NCBI GenBank assembly: GCA_030390025.1
Contig: CM059432.1
Location: 6,634,001 to 6,698,000 of the forward strand
Reading direction: 5' to 3'
DNA: 64,000 bases
Source: Squalus acanthias
Taxonomy: Eukaryota
Shown: piece by piece, positions 37,629 to 53,061 of the stretch
Position numbering within the stretch: the stretch's first letter is position 1
Layout: each line of letters opens with the position of its first letter
Program-made: the position numbers and the translations under genes
Notes under the pieces: generated by a model
The model's input: only the letters and a program-made list of their open reading frames with translations
Told to the model about the DNA's origin: nothing
The model's database searches: none

Positions 37629-38660
37629 AAATTAATTGAAAAGGGAGTATGTGCCAATTATTTTAATGAGGCATTTTATTTCCCTACAAAAAAAGTATAA
37701 GTTTTTTAAATTTAAAATTCTCCAGAGCATGTAGCTGGACAAGCAAAATACTTAATTGTTCAGATGTTTAATTTTAAAGGGATAAGATAATTTTAACAAA
37801 GATAAAACACTGTCCGCCATTTAAAACTTCTAATATATTTACATAGTGCTGGGCTTCAATTAGGTCAGGTTCATTCTTACTTTTATTTTTAAAATAAAGT
37901 TTTTACAGCATTATATTTCAGCAGCAAATGCAGTTTGTTAACTTAAGGTGATTTGTAGTCATTAATACTTTTCTACTTTGTGATCAAAATGTAGATAAAA
38001 TCGTTTTATATTTCAAGCTAGTCAACAATTCCGAGCTCACATATGATGTGGAGCAAAGTTCAGATTTATACAGCGAACAAGTCTGTGTAATTTTCTGTCC
38101 CATCAGTGGAACAAATTGGAGTTTCCTTGGTCCAGTGCAGAAAACTAAGCAGCATGCAGTGTGGGAGGGTTATCAGCTAGTTAGTCTCACTCATTTATTG
38201 GCGAAAGACTGCAGTTAAACAGAATTTTCCCATGCCAGAGTCCTGAGCTGAATACGCCAGGAGTTCTCTTGATAAATTTATGACGTGTGTGGCAGTAAAT
38301 TACCAGAAAACCAGCAATTGGAGAAGGTCATTAATTGTCGATTTAGTGTCTTTATCCTTGAAACTAGTTGAAAAACAAGTTTAGATTTAGAGTTTTGTTG
38401 ATGGTTAGACTTGGTGCTTTTTTTTGTTGTTCTGAGTTATTTAATTACAGATTGAACAAGTATTAGAGAATATAATGCAGAAATTTGTTCTCCGATCAGT
38501 GGATGTAATAATCATGTGGTAATGTTGATTATCCATTTGGAGAGAATGTCTATTAAAGTGGAATGTGATTTTTTTTAATTTCTAGAGAAAGCTCTGCGCA
38601 ACCTTAACATTTTTACAAAAATGCACTTGGCAAATTCTCCGTACCAAAATTGCAGAAAAT

Positions 38661-39127
38661 TGTCAGCTGTGTCTCAGTTGGTGGCGCCCTCGCCTCTGAG
38701 TCAGCAGGTTGTGGGTTCAAGCTCCACTCCAGGGACTTGAGCACAGAAATCTAGGCTGACACTCCAGTGCAGTACTGAGGGAGTGCTGCACTGTCGGAGG
38801 TGCCGTCTTTCTGATGAGACGTTAAATCGAGGCCCTGTCTGCTCTCTCAGGTGGACCTAAAAGATCCCATGGCACTATTTTGAAGAAGAGCAGGGGCGTT
38901 ATCCCCGGTGTCCTGGCCAATATTTATCCATCATTCAACATCACTAAAAACAGATGATCTGGTCATTATCACATTGCTGTTTGTGGGAGCTTGCTGTGCG
39001 CAAATTGGCTGCTGTGTTTCCTACATTACAACAGTGACTACACTTCAAAAAGTACTTCATTGGTTGTAAAGCGCTTTGGGACGTCCAGTGGTCGTGAAAG
39101 GCGCTATATAAATGCAAGTCTGTCTTT
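38661..39127 (+). mobile_element. Full-length DeuSINE (SacSINE1-like)
   Basis: Head tgtcagctgtgtctcagttgg, B box ggttcaagctcc, tail aaggcgctatataaatgcaagtc. Confidence 0.92.
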
Positions 39128-39214
39128 AATATTGTTAACTGTATTTTAGATCCTACATTAAAAAAATACACAAGATAATATATGGCAGCTACATGTGTAT
39201 TTTGTGAAGCATAC

Positions 39215-39600
39215 CCGATGGCTGAATGAGTTTTCGAGTAAGATGCTGAGCCATATAGACCAGGGAGGCATCTGGTTCAATCCCTGATCTGGGCTAATTT
39301 AGCTCATCTAAGTTGAGACAGACATCAAGGCGACATTTGGCCTCAGCGCGCCGAGGTTGGAGAGATCGAAATTGTCCGGAGTCTCTGCTTTAATCACTAT
39401 CCGGTTACGTCTGCTGGAAGTGCACCCGTGTAGATGTCGAGTGTATACAGGGATGTGCTCAGCTATGATGCTCTGTTGAATACTCTGCTGATGGTTTATT
39501 GTAGAGGCTCACTAATGTATAATACCACAGTGCTGAATTGGGGTGGCCGTATCGGTACAAGTTTAATTTGGCATGTTGCAACAGAACATCTTCACTTACA
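39215..39600 (+). mobile_element. Second, older tRNA-derived SINE family (degraded)
   Basis: B-box-like ggttcaatccc after ctgagccatatagaccagg; resembles a common shark SINE from memory. Confidence 0.5.
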
Positions 39601-40069
39601 AAGATCTGATCGCCTGACTGCTGCTCTTTGGATGCAATTGTTTCTTTAGAAATATTCTCTGAGTTGCACTCTTGTGAAATAATTCATGTGATTTCCAAGA
39701 ACAATGGTGCCTAATAACTGAAATACTTATGCTGATGGCAATCCAATTTGGGGCACAGAGCCAGGAACATAAAAGGTGAGTTTTCATACTGGATTTGTTT
39801 GATTATAGCGTAATTCTGAATGTTTACACTGGAGACTTGTGAAATGAGATCAGATTTATACCCGTACAAAGACTCCTGAGTAAACAAGTCTAAAGATCAT
39901 CTGTTTGTCAAACCTTACCCATTATTGTCCCATAAAACTTTTAACTGCGCATCCAAAGATCAGTGCAAAATATAGGACTTTAATTTTTATAAATGTTCGT
40001 ACAATAAACCTTTATGGCTTTGGGATACATTATTTCCAGGTGATCAATCTTGTTACATAGAATTAGCTA

Positions 40070-40455
40070 GTATTTACAGCAGAGGAATAGGCCATTTGAC
40101 CCAACTGCTGCTCTATGCCTGCTTTTATGCTCCACACGAGCCTCCTCCCACCTCTGTTTAAACCTATCTGCGTATCCTTCTCTGTTTGCAATGCAAACGA
40201 GCCCCGCTCCTCGTAGCGTGGCTGGTACACCGAAAAAGTGCAGCAACTTGCATTTGCATAGCGCCTTTAACATAGTTAAAAACGTCTCGAGGCGCATCGT
40301 CAGGAGCGTTACCCAACAAAAATCTGACACCGATCCACATGGGATGTTCGGACAGGTGACCCAACAGCATGGTCAAAGAGGTAGGTTTTAAGGAGCGCCT
40401 CAAAGGAAGAGAGAGAGGTAGAGGTGCGGAGGGGTTTCGGCAGGGAGTTTCAGAG
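40070..40455 (-). mobile_element. CR1 3' end (~40070-40180) followed by L2 3' end (~40240-40455)
   Basis: tttatgctccacacgagcctcctccc (as at 9500); caacttgcatttgcatagcgcctttaac...ggtcaaagaggtaggttttaagg. Confidence 0.8.
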
Positions 40456-40814
40456 GAAACCAATGTTGCAAGCTGCGGCCACCCAGCTTACCTTTAGCTC
40501 CAGTGTTGCTGGGCCACTGTCCTCTTTACACCCCACCCCCACCTCCCTTCCATTTAAAAAAAAATCCTGCTGTCCTTTCTGCGCCAGCAACCGTTTCTGT
40601 GCTTCTGACACTGGGACTCCTGCCCCGAAGAACCTTGCACATATATAAAATTGCAAAATGTATGGAGAAACAAAAAAAAAAAAATCAGCTGGACATGAAA
40701 CTAAAGTTTAACTGGGGTGAGCACTTCGCGAATTTTAAACTTGATACATTTTCTGTCACTGTTCTTTGCTTGCAAGCAAATTAAAACATCTAGCTCCCAG
40801 TAGCCCAGAGAATC

Positions 40815-41003
40815 CTAGAAATTTACGGCACAGAAGGAGGCCATTCGGCCCATCGTGTCTGTGCCGACTCAAAAGAGAGCTATCTTGCCTAATCCCACTT
40901 TCCAGCTCTTGGTCCGTAGCCCTGCAGGTTACGGCACTTCAAGTGCATATCCAAGTACTTTTTAAATGCGAAGAGGGTTTCTGCCTCTACCACCCTTTCA
41001 GGC
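40815..41003 (-). mobile_element. CR1 LINE 3' end
   Basis: Reverse complement of the 12225-12537 subfamily. Confidence 0.85.
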
Positions 41004-43074
41004 AATATGACTAATGTTTTTATTTCTTCTGAGCATTTGTCTTGCAACTTGGCCCATCGTGTCATAAAGATGTCTTGCTGGTGGAATCTCTCTGTTCTGT
41101 TCGGGTAACAACACAAACAGTCCACGTGATATTCTTAAAACTGTAAAAGTCATGTAAACGGTTGTTTAATTGTGCTGTACCAGTATTATTGGGATAGATA
41201 GTTGACTCATTTAATAAGCTCTGGTTAAATTAGCAACTTATTATTAAAAATGATTAATTAGAAGTTACAGCTTTTTGACTAGAACACTTGATCATGCAGC
41301 GCATTCATTTAGCACATTAAAACTGGCGGATTTCTACCTTTCATTCTGGAAGTGCAGCACAACATTTAACAAGGTTTCAGATTGTTTTTCTGCCTTGAAT
41401 ATTATGTATTTGAAACATGAAGTGTCTAGCCTATACTAATTATCTTGTATTCAAAGCTGTATCCATTTATATTCCTGTCTCATTTACTAGCTCTACTGAT
41501 GTCAAGCCCCCCCCCCGCCCCCCCTCTGTACATATTCTTATCTCAGAGGTCTCTTTCGGGTCAGGGAGAGCTGCTTCTTTCCGTCTCTGACTGTTCTTGA
41601 CCTTTTGGAAACCCCGTAGCTTGTCTTTGTGTTGGTTTAAAAGACTGAAGCGATTTACCCAAATCCTCAGCACTGTTCCCGCATTTCTCCAAGAGGTTAT
41701 TCCCATCTCCCAAGAATTTCCAGCACATGTGGCGTTCCCAAGTGCCGATTAACAATCTGGATTGACCTCATTTGTAGAGAAGCGATACAGGACCCATGCT
41801 AAGACAGTAACATTCCTTTTCTAGATAGCAGCGCAGTAAACCCTTGAGTGGGTGTGTGTTGAAGCACATAGTGCTGGACCGACCGTAGCGTTTGAAGAAT
41901 TATTTAAAGCATGCTTTTCAAAAGTAAACGTGTTGCTGTGTTTTTATGACCTGGAAACTATTGCAGTGTACTGTGATCAAGCGTTGTTTTTAAAAAAAAA
42001 AATAAACTGTTGAATTTGATATTTTAATCTAATAAGTTAATACGGCATGCCATGGTGAATCATCTGGTTGAAATTGATGTCTGCGTAAACTTATTGCAAC
42101 ACCATACACCCACATATCATTCAAGTACATGTGCAGTTGAGCGCTTGCATAATTCAGCCTTTCATCTGTCAAATTTTGGTTGGAGCTGACTGGCATTGTA
42201 TGGCTATGTAGTAGTAAATTTTCACAGCAGTAAAGATAATGCCGTGGTGGGTGTCAGTGGATTTGCACAAGTAAATATAGTAATTGGCACCATTTCAGCT
42301 GCGAATATAGTGATGGAGGAACAAATGTTTCCTTGGAGGGAGAAATGATTTACTTTTAAACTGCCTGCCAGTGTTTCAAGTACCATTAATTTACATCGAC
42401 AGCATTTACAAGGTTTCTCCCAACACATAGGTAGGTGAGTCAGAGGATCTATATTGAAATTTGGACAGACGTCAAGATATTTTGCTCTTTATTTTTAGGT
42501 GTTCCAATGACATCCATCACCTGAACAAAACCAATTCACCTAAAATATGAATTCTTTCATTTTAAATTTTGACGTAGATTAACTTTGAAAGATCATTAAT
42601 CGACTGCACAATAGAAAACAATTTGATTTATCATATTCAAATAATATTATCTGACTGATGCAAACTTCTTACTCCTGATAGATTTCTACATTTTAAGTAC
42701 CGTGCTTAAAATTGGCAAAACAGTACTGCATTCCCAAAAGGACCGCGCGCTCGACTGTCTACAGAATACTATGACAATATATATAGATATTATTCTGAAA
42801 TGGGGCTCCTTGAGGTAAAGGAAGTCTAGAATTTTACTCTGATAAACTGTTATGAAGAATTATAATCAAAGAGATATTATTGTGAGGTAGCTTTAGCTGT
42901 GAATAATTCCCCTACCCACTCCTTCATTTGCAACGTTCTCATTTTTAATTTTTCTCACTTTTGTCTCTAAGCTGTCCAGTTGAAACCATGTTCTGAGGCA
43001 TCTGTCATAGCTTACTGTATAGCTGACTGAATTGCCTATTGCATTCAGTGTAGCTGTCTCTTCAGTTTTTTGTC

Positions 43075-44672
<1,598 letters not shown>

Positions 44673-45243
44673 ATTGGGTAGGGGCACAGGGTTGTTTTTC
44701 AGGTGTTTGTGTAACAAAAGTGATGTGCAATCTGTAGCAATACGACGCAGCAATTAGACTGTTCAGGTTTGCGTAGTGAGGAACCATCTAATTATTCAGC
44801 ATTTGTTGTAATTGCAATGAATACTTTCCTCTTTTGGAAAGAATTTAAACTGGTTAAGATCCCTCCGCGCGCCCCCCCCATTATCAGCAAAGAAGATCCT
44901 TTTCCTGGAAAACATTGAACATAAAATCAGTCACATAAAACGATAAACTTTCAAAATGGCAACTTTGACTAATGCCTCTTCTATTGTAAAGCAATTTTGT
45001 CTGGTTTCCATAAACTATTTTATTGTAGTTGTAAATAGTAGAAGTTAAACACATTAGCCTGAATTTTTTTGGGGCATTTCCAATTTGCATAAGGTGGTAA
45101 ATGGTAATAACTTGATGCCAGGCATGAGTTCGCTATGGTGATCACTCTCTTCGGGTATGTGTGGAAATCAAATTTGAAAGACATTGTGGAGTATGAAAAA
45201 CGTTGGTTTATCTGAACAATTTAATATATTCCATACTCTTGAG

Positions 45244-45394
45244 CAAGGTTCCCGCTAAGCTGCGTGACTGTGCAGCAGTCTGGAGGTCCCGCGCAGGCCG
45301 CTCACAGGCTTTTGCGTGGAAGAAATTGCGCATGTGCAAAACTTTGAATGGGCCGCGCAGCCAGTGCACGAAAAAAAAATTAGAGGGAACATTG
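45244..45394. mobile_element. hAT-type MITE, 151 bp
   Basis: TIRs CAAGGTTCCCGCTAA / TTAGAGGGAACATTG; 8-bp flanks ctcttgag / cttatgag (6/8 identical). Confidence 0.75.
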
Positions 45395-46399
45395 CTTATG
45401 AGCACTCTGTGACTTCTCATCATAACCTGCAAAATAGATGTCACAATATGTCTGCTGTCCTGGCAGCTGCCAGAAATAAATGGCGTCAGTCCTTCCTGAA
45501 TATTGAACATCTGCCCTTGCTTCATGGTCATTTAGTTCTTATTCTTTGCTGATGTTTTGCACACATACATCAATAAGCACATTAATTGATAACAGAAGTA
45601 CATCATAAAACCCCTTGTGGCGTGATTTATTGCAGAGGCATTTTCGTTGCACCAAACTCTTGTAATTCAAGTTGATTGATACCAATGATTTTCTTAGCAA
45701 TCAATCTTGATTTCTTAATTGTGCAATACCATGCTACTGTTACATATAAGCTTAGTGCCAGCAAAGTGCAACTGTGTTAACTTTTTAAAGTTAGTCATTT
45801 TTGTAATAATGTGTGAACTATGAAGGGCCCACAATTTGTTTTAACGGAGAACTATACAGGTGTATGCTTACTGCAAATGAAAAAGGTAATGCATTTTATT
45901 TCACTTTTGTCTTTGATGCGCAACATTTGTCTTGAAGAGAATTCAGTTCAGACATTTTACTGTCTTTCTAATCGATCTTGTAGTCTGCAATGTAACTCAT
46001 GTGGGGCCTGAGGACTTTGAGTATATTTGATCAGTTTTTAAAATTTGAGGCAATGCATCTCATTCTTGGTATGTATAGTTTGACTGAGTTGTCTAACATG
46101 TCGTCACTGGTTTCATTTTCGAAGGTCTGGCTGAGTTTGAATTCATTTTAAATTCAGATTGAATCCAAATTAAATATTAAACGAAGTGCTAATTCATAAC
46201 AAATCCACATTTATGGACTCTTTGCTAATAGCGTTTATGAGTAAAGCAGCTCTTGTTGATCCAGTATTCTGTGAATTCTCCTCATAAAACTGGCAAAGCC
46301 CTTTCAGTGTGGAATGTTAATGGAGTGGAGTAATGGGTACAGCTTGTGGATGTGACAGATCAGATAGGAGCGTGTGCTCAACACTGCAAATCTAGAGAC

Positions 46400-47640
46400 A
46401 GGAGATCCTTATGGGACAGTAGCATTACTAGCAGATAAAAGCAGTGGGGAGGCTGTAAACCCAGCAGTTGACTATGTTCTTCACTAAAAGGGTCAACAGA
46501 GCCCATCGGGAACCTGGTTGCAAGCTGGGCAAGAATGGAAAATAAACATATCGGGGATATAATATACTTAGGAGGGATAGAAAAGATTTTTAAAAAGGAG
46601 GCGGAGTGGCAATATTGGTAAAAGGTGTAATATATGCTGTAGGGAGGGTTGATGTAGACAAGGAAGAAGTACAGACAAAGTCAATATGGTTGGAGCTCAA
46701 AGATTTTAAAAAAAAGAGCTTTTTACATTTAGTGGGAAATTTGCTAGACCTCCAAATTGTGGGAAGGAAATGGGAGAGGAAATCTGCAGGTAGATTCGGG
46801 AGCTAAGCAGGGATAACAAAATTATTGGTCAGGGGGATTTTAACTAATCACTTATCGATTGGGACAGAGGGAGTAAATGGAGATAAGGGAATGAAATTAA
46901 TAAATGTGTACATAACTCGAGCAGGATGTTAGTAAGCCTACAAGAGTGAAGGCAATGTTAGATATGGTTATGAGTAATAAAATTGTTCAGGTAGATGAGC
47001 GAAATGGGTGAACATCTTGGGAGTAGTGCCCATAATATAATCAGGCTTAAGATACAACTAGAAAGGGAAAAAGACTGTACAGAACCAGAACAGCAGATTA
47101 GAAAAATGAAGAGTGAGCTAGCTGAGGTAAGGCGCAAGTGGAAATTGGCACACAGGACTATGGCAACAGTGGTAAGTTTTGAGAAAAAAAAGAGATTGCC
47201 AAGATACAGAATAAATAGATTTCCTTAGTGAAAAAAAGGAAACTAACAGTATTTTAAGATGCCATAGATAAATAAAGGGGTTAGAAACCAATTAAAATCG
47301 ATGGGGAGGGCCTATAAGGAGTATAAGGCTAATGATTAAAAAAAATCTAAAGGAGAATTTGACAAAATAAGAAAAGAAATGAAGAACGGGATAAGGAAAG
47401 TTAAGAGGGAGTAGGAGGGAAATCAATTCAAAAACCATCAAAAGCAACGGGAAAGTATTTTCCAAGTATTTCAGTTTAAAAATGTTTTATTTTTACGAGT
47501 GAGGTGGAACCTCAAAGGATATTTGTAGATGATCAAATTTGGAGATGATGATCAAAAAATGGTGGAGGCATTTAATAAGTACTTTGCATTGGCCTGTACT
47601 AAAGAGAAGCTTATCAGCGAAGAGGTGAATCCTGAAGATG
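46400..47640 (+). mobile_element. Degraded CR1 LINE, endonuclease region
   Basis: Remnants GGGVAILVK, SIWLELK, GDFN, LDMVMSN, GEHLGSSAHNII. Confidence 0.75.
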
Positions 47641-49981
47641 TTAAGAGCAGTATGAATTTTGTTTTGCATCATTTGGCGACACGATGGCAATAGTTAATGT
47701 TGGGGTTAAAATGTCTGCAGGCTCGTCTGTAAAATTGAAACATCACCGTTATTATAAGAAGATAGCAACAGGATCTCTGAGTATTTTCTTGCACTTCACA
47801 ATGAAGAGAAAACAGTAAAATGCACAACGTGCAAAACTGTTAAATGTACCACATTTTAATTCATATTACTTTCATCTGTCAAACTGCATACCAAAATGTT
47901 CAATAGGATTTAAATTCTGATGTCGTGCTTTGTGTTCATACTGCGTCCTGTTATGGGTAGGCGCAGGACAATTTTAGTTTTGTTCTAATGTAAGCCAAGT
48001 GGATGCTGCGGATCACCAATGCTTGCAGTTCCGTGAAAATAGTCTGTGTTTATAAACTAGAGACTACTGGAAATTAGAAGTAATCTGACTTTGCAAGTAA
48101 CGGTATAGTTAGAAATAAGTTGCACCTTCACGTAAGTTTTCTAACTTGCGGGCCTGGGCATGCAGTTTGTGCTCTGCTTTATGAGATCAAGCTTGGGGGG
48201 AAGGGATCTTCTCTGACTGCAAACCAATGCATTGCTGTCGCCTCCAAGGGTTGTCTGCGGGATAGATTTGGCCTCTGGCAGGTTGTGTTTCCCCTGAGGC
48301 AGAGCCAGTGCTCCATTTAGTGGCCAGACTGTGAACCAGTCAGATCTGGGCTTCAATGGATATAGATTCCAGTCAAGCCTGTTGGCTTTCTGCCTCTAAC
48401 CTCAGTTGTCCTGCCCAGGAAAGGACCCCGGGCGAGCATGAAAACTCACAGCGCTCCAAACATTTTAAATTAATGTCAGGGTTCAAACTGATACAGTTTT
48501 TTATCCCCCCTCCATGGGGGATTCTCGCTACTTCTCTGTAGTCAGGTCGTATCCTGACTGCAGATTTGCACTGCCAGTTTGGGATCACTGTGAAGGGCAA
48601 ACCTCTTCACACCAACTCCAAAGTCGCAGTATAAACGCACCCATGGGCAATGAAAGCAAGCAAGTGTGAATGACAGTTGAAGCTGGAATTTGAGATTCAT
48701 GCTTCTGTGGGTTGAGAGTTCAACACTGCTGCAATAGATACTCAAACGGTAAAGTTAAATCTTGCATTAACTTTGGAAAGTCACCAAAGAAAGCTTATTG
48801 TTAACCACATTTAATTACAGAATTAGATTGGGATAGACTATCATATTTTAAGAAAACCTAGCTAACTGTATTTTAAAAAAGAACTTACATATAGACATAA
48901 AACCAGCATTACTGGGGAATTAAAGATTCGTGAGTTGTATGACTGACTATAAAGGTAGTGAGAAGGCACACATTCTATAAAAAATCCCCACACAACCCTT
49001 TGGTTCATCGAGTGTAAGTGAGCTGTGAGAATTGTAAGCGTTATAGCAGTGTCGAGATAGAATGGTGAGCCTTGCAGGGACACCAGACAGAAAATAAAAG
49101 TGTTTTAAAAAGAAAGCAATTGCTGCAAGCCAATACAGTTTTTATCAGATCAAGGACCAGAAGAAAGTGAGGCTATTTCGCATTACGTGTAAACGTGTAA
49201 TGGGCCTTTCGAGGGAAAAAAAACTTGATGCATATGCCAAGCACTAAAATTCAGACAGTTTTGTTGGTGGCAGATGATACATAGAGGTTGAAAAGGGATT
49301 ACTGTATGCTTGTTTTGTGAATGATGAGTTTGTTTTCAGCAAAGCCTTTAAATATTCAGAAACAGTGATGGAGAAATGAAGTAGATGTCAAGTGCCTTTT
49401 ACGGCCTATCCCTGTGGCTAGGGAAGTTGTTAGCATCTATTAAGCTTCTAATCCATCTGAAATTCCTTCTTGCATTCCCATCGTGCTCTTTTACACTTTG
49501 ACCGAGACAAGGTCACAGGTACTGATGGAGCAAGTTCAGTTAGCACCAGGTGCTGAAGTAGCTGGAAACCAGATACGACATTGGGCATGGAGATAATACA
49601 GTAACCTTGGTGACTAGGCCCTTCGTTATCGTAATGCCATTAACTGTTTATGAGGTTCTGTGACTCGGGAGCTGTTGATTGGCAACAGGGATATCACAGA
49701 TTTGCTTGTAGCTTCCCGGGCGATCAGCAAGCTATCGTGGTTAATGCACAAACTGAATTTGGTGGTGAAGGAACAGCCATAAGAAGCGTTCATACTAAGC
49801 TAGCCGACTTCAAAGTCCTTTGTTGGCAGGCAAGCCTGAAATTCTCATTTGCAAAATGTTACTGTTTGATTACTTTGCCGAGAAAAATGTTCAATTTAAT
49901 TCAGAGGGGATTTAAGTTTTCAGCAACACACACGTTGATGCTTTTCTTATCAATGACAATGTTGTTGATTGGTGATATTGA

Positions 49982-50430
49982 AAAGAAAGAAAGACTTGCA
50001 TTTATATAGCACTTTTCACGACCACCAGATGTCTCAAAGCGCTTTACAGCCAATTAAATACTTTTTGAAGTGTAGTCACTGTTGTAATGTAGGAAACGCA
50101 GCAGCCAATTTGCACACAGCAAGCTCCCACAAACAGCAGTGTGATAATGACCAGATAATCTGTTTTTTAGGGATGTTGTTTGAGTGATAAATATTGGCCC
50201 CAGGACACCGGGGAGAACTCCCCTGCTCCTCTTCGAAATAGTGCCATAGGATCTTTTACGTCCACCTGAGAGAGCAGACGTGGCCTCGGTTTAACGTCTC
50301 ATCCGAAAGACGGCACCTCCGACAGTGCAGCACTCCCTCAGCACGGCACTGGAGTGTCAGATTAGATTGTGCTCAAGTCTCTGGAGTGGGACTTGAACCC
50401 ATAACCTTCTGACTCCGAGGCGAGGGTGCT
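49982..50430 (-). mobile_element. Near full-length DeuSINE (SacSINE1-like)
   Basis: Reverse complement of the 5921-6389 family including B box (gggacttgaaccc). Confidence 0.92.
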
Positions 50431-50849
50431 AGGAATTTAATTGCTGTTTTGTACTCGGGTGGGATCCCCAGTAAAACACACATTGTGCGAGCCGACAAAT
50501 GACCAGATTTATTGAATTCAATTTCACAATATGCTATGAGGGGATTTGAACTCCAGACCCGGATTGCTAATCTAGTCCTCTAACCACCACATTACCATAC
50601 CCACAACTGGTTGCTTTCATAACAACACTATTCCTATAACAGTAATTGAAGATTGCAAACCAGAAATTAATGATCTCCTATGTGGTCTTTGTACTGAATT
50701 TGATTAATAACCAATGAAAGTGTGTGGTGTAGAGAAGAGTGAAGTTAGAGAATTTCTATGAGGATGCACTGTTGATGGTAGCCAAGTCTCTACAACTTGA
50801 TATAGGTATGAATTTGGACCAAATCAATGCTTAACAATTTTTAAATTTG

Positions 50850-51172
50850 TTCAGGGGATGTGGGCGTCGCTGGCAAGGCCCAGCATTTATTGCCCATGCT
50901 TAATTGCCCTTGAGAAGGTGGTGGTGAGCTGCCTTCTTGAACCGCTGCAGTCCGTGTGGTGAAGGTACTCTCACAGTGCTGTTAGGGAGGGAGTTCCAGG
51001 ATTTTGACTCAGGCAACGATGAAGAACGGATGGTGTGTAACTTGGAGGTGATGATGGTCCCATGCGCTTGTCCCTTGTCCTTCTAAATGGCAGAGGTCGT
51101 GGGTTTGGGAGGTGCTGCCGAAGAAGCCTTGGCGAGTTGCTGCAGTGCATCTTGTAGATGGTACACGCTGCT
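50850..51172 (-). mobile_element. LINE 3' end, second CR1-clade lineage
   Basis: Peptide CTIYKMHCSNSPRLLRQHLPNPRPLP and tail ggatgtgggcgtcgctggcaaggcc...; a related degraded piece lies at ~14020-14340. Confidence 0.7.
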
Positions 51173-51245
51173 TGACCTAAATTTAAATAGATTTGAGTTT
51201 TAAACATCACACACATTTATGTCTTTTATGTTGAGGGTACACAAT

Positions 51246-51433
51246 GGGAGCTATTTTGGCCTAACTCTCCGGGCGGGAATCTGACGGGATTGGGAGGAAC
51301 GAGGTTTTACACCCCGCCCAGTGTTGCTCTACGTTGACTTCAATGGAGAATAAAATCGGATGGGCTGTAAAGCCGGTGTTGTACCTCATCCCGTAATTTC
51401 CACGACAGGTGGGTCAGGTTAAAATTGGCCCCC
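51246..51433. mobile_element. Short Harbinger-type MITE
   Basis: Degenerate TIRs GGGAGCTATTTT / AAAATTGGCCCCC. Confidence 0.55.
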
Positions 51434-53061
51434 GTTTATATTTGTCACTTTCCTCAATTTAAATTGATATGTAGTTTGTGAAAAACATGGGAATTATAAT
51501 ATATTAGTATAGTTACTTTGGATCTGAACTGGCTTCGCTGGTGTCTGCTGAAGTTAAGTAATCACAATGCTAAATACTATTTTATATTGGGGGCCAGGAT
51601 AGCAAAATGTTTTATGTACTGAATTCCCTCATTATTTTTCTGTCTCACCTTCAAGGAAAGTAGTTAAGGTGGGCAGTGATTGTATGATTTCATATATGTT
51701 ATAAGCACATTATGTTGCACTTGGTGATAATTCTGGTTTTCATTTTATGAAGCTTTTTGGTCCTAAATTAAAGCAGTGTTTGGAGCTTAATGCTGCGCGC
51801 TGCTCTTGTGCATCACCGGCACCAGCCCCGAAATAAACTTGCCAAGACCGCTGGGCAAGACGACCCCCAAAATGCGTGACGCCCGCAGAGTGGGAACCAG
51901 CAGCACTGGAGGAATACAAAAGCAGCTTCAGTAATCTTTTGGTGTTCTCACTCACTGATAAAGTAAGGCAACTTTAATTCCAGTTTATTATCATGTCAAA
52001 GGTCTGGACCTGTCACCTGCTTGATAAAGAACAGGCCTAAAGGTACAGGCTACAGAGGGGCTCAGAGCTGTCAGTAACCACATGATTGGATTATACTGCT
52101 GATTTATGGGTCTGACTGCTGGAAGAATTCATTGGTGACAGCCAACTCTAGTGTTAACACCTTTCTTATCACATTCTTTTTGAGTTCAATTCTCACTTAT
52201 TCCTCCGTTTCCTGCATTATAGGGCATGTCAAAAGAAAAAAAAACTCCTTAGCCTTCTTCAGCAACGAAGAGCCACCCAGCGAGGGCCTGTAATGGCAGG
52301 GTATCAAGAGTTGGGAGGAGATTGTGAAAGCAGTGGCACACATTGGAGTCTGTATGCTGTTTTATCATGCTGGGCTGAGTGGGAGGATTGACATGCTGGA
52401 TGACTCTTTACGGAAAGTGATCTCGTTACCCCCTACTGGGTCGGAGTCTATTGGGTTGACTGCTTCCCCGGGAGTGTTAGAGTCTCTTTCCAGCATTTGT
52501 TATTGTGAATGTGTTTGTTTGTTCTATGGTGTTTTTGGGTGGAGAAAGTGCTGTGCATGATGAATATTGGGGTCAATAAAAAGTTGTTGGTGTGAATGCT
52601 TCTATAATTTAATTAGAGCCCGCGTCACTTAACAAATTAGTATTCCCAAGATGTGGATAGTTCTGAAGTAACGAGTAGGATTACAGATTCAACCAGAAGA
52701 AGGAAATGTGGGAAAGAAAAACCGTTTCCAAATGCTAACTGTTGCTTGACATCGACACCTACATGCTTGCTAGCTCTTGTCTGCTAACTGCATGTTTGTT
52801 CATTTTTATACTGGTAGAATTTACTCACACAGAGTAATCAATTACCAAAACAAATCACCACACTGAACCTACAGAACAAGTCGCTAGGCTGAAACTGTAG
52901 TCTTAATAGTCAAGAAAAGCTCAATGGAGAAGTGTGGAATATCTCGCATACTTTGTGCAAAAGTTTCTGTTCTAAGTAGAATATGAATGTCATATTCCAC
53001 GGATTCCTATTCGGTGTTCCATTTACATGAAGGGTTTTGGGGAAAATGTTGATGAATTGTT

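Noticed and set aside
42480..42530. Acceptor-like site tttgctctttatttttAG|GTG
   Set aside because: In-frame TGA after 8 codons and no convincing nearby donor; such sites are common by chance.
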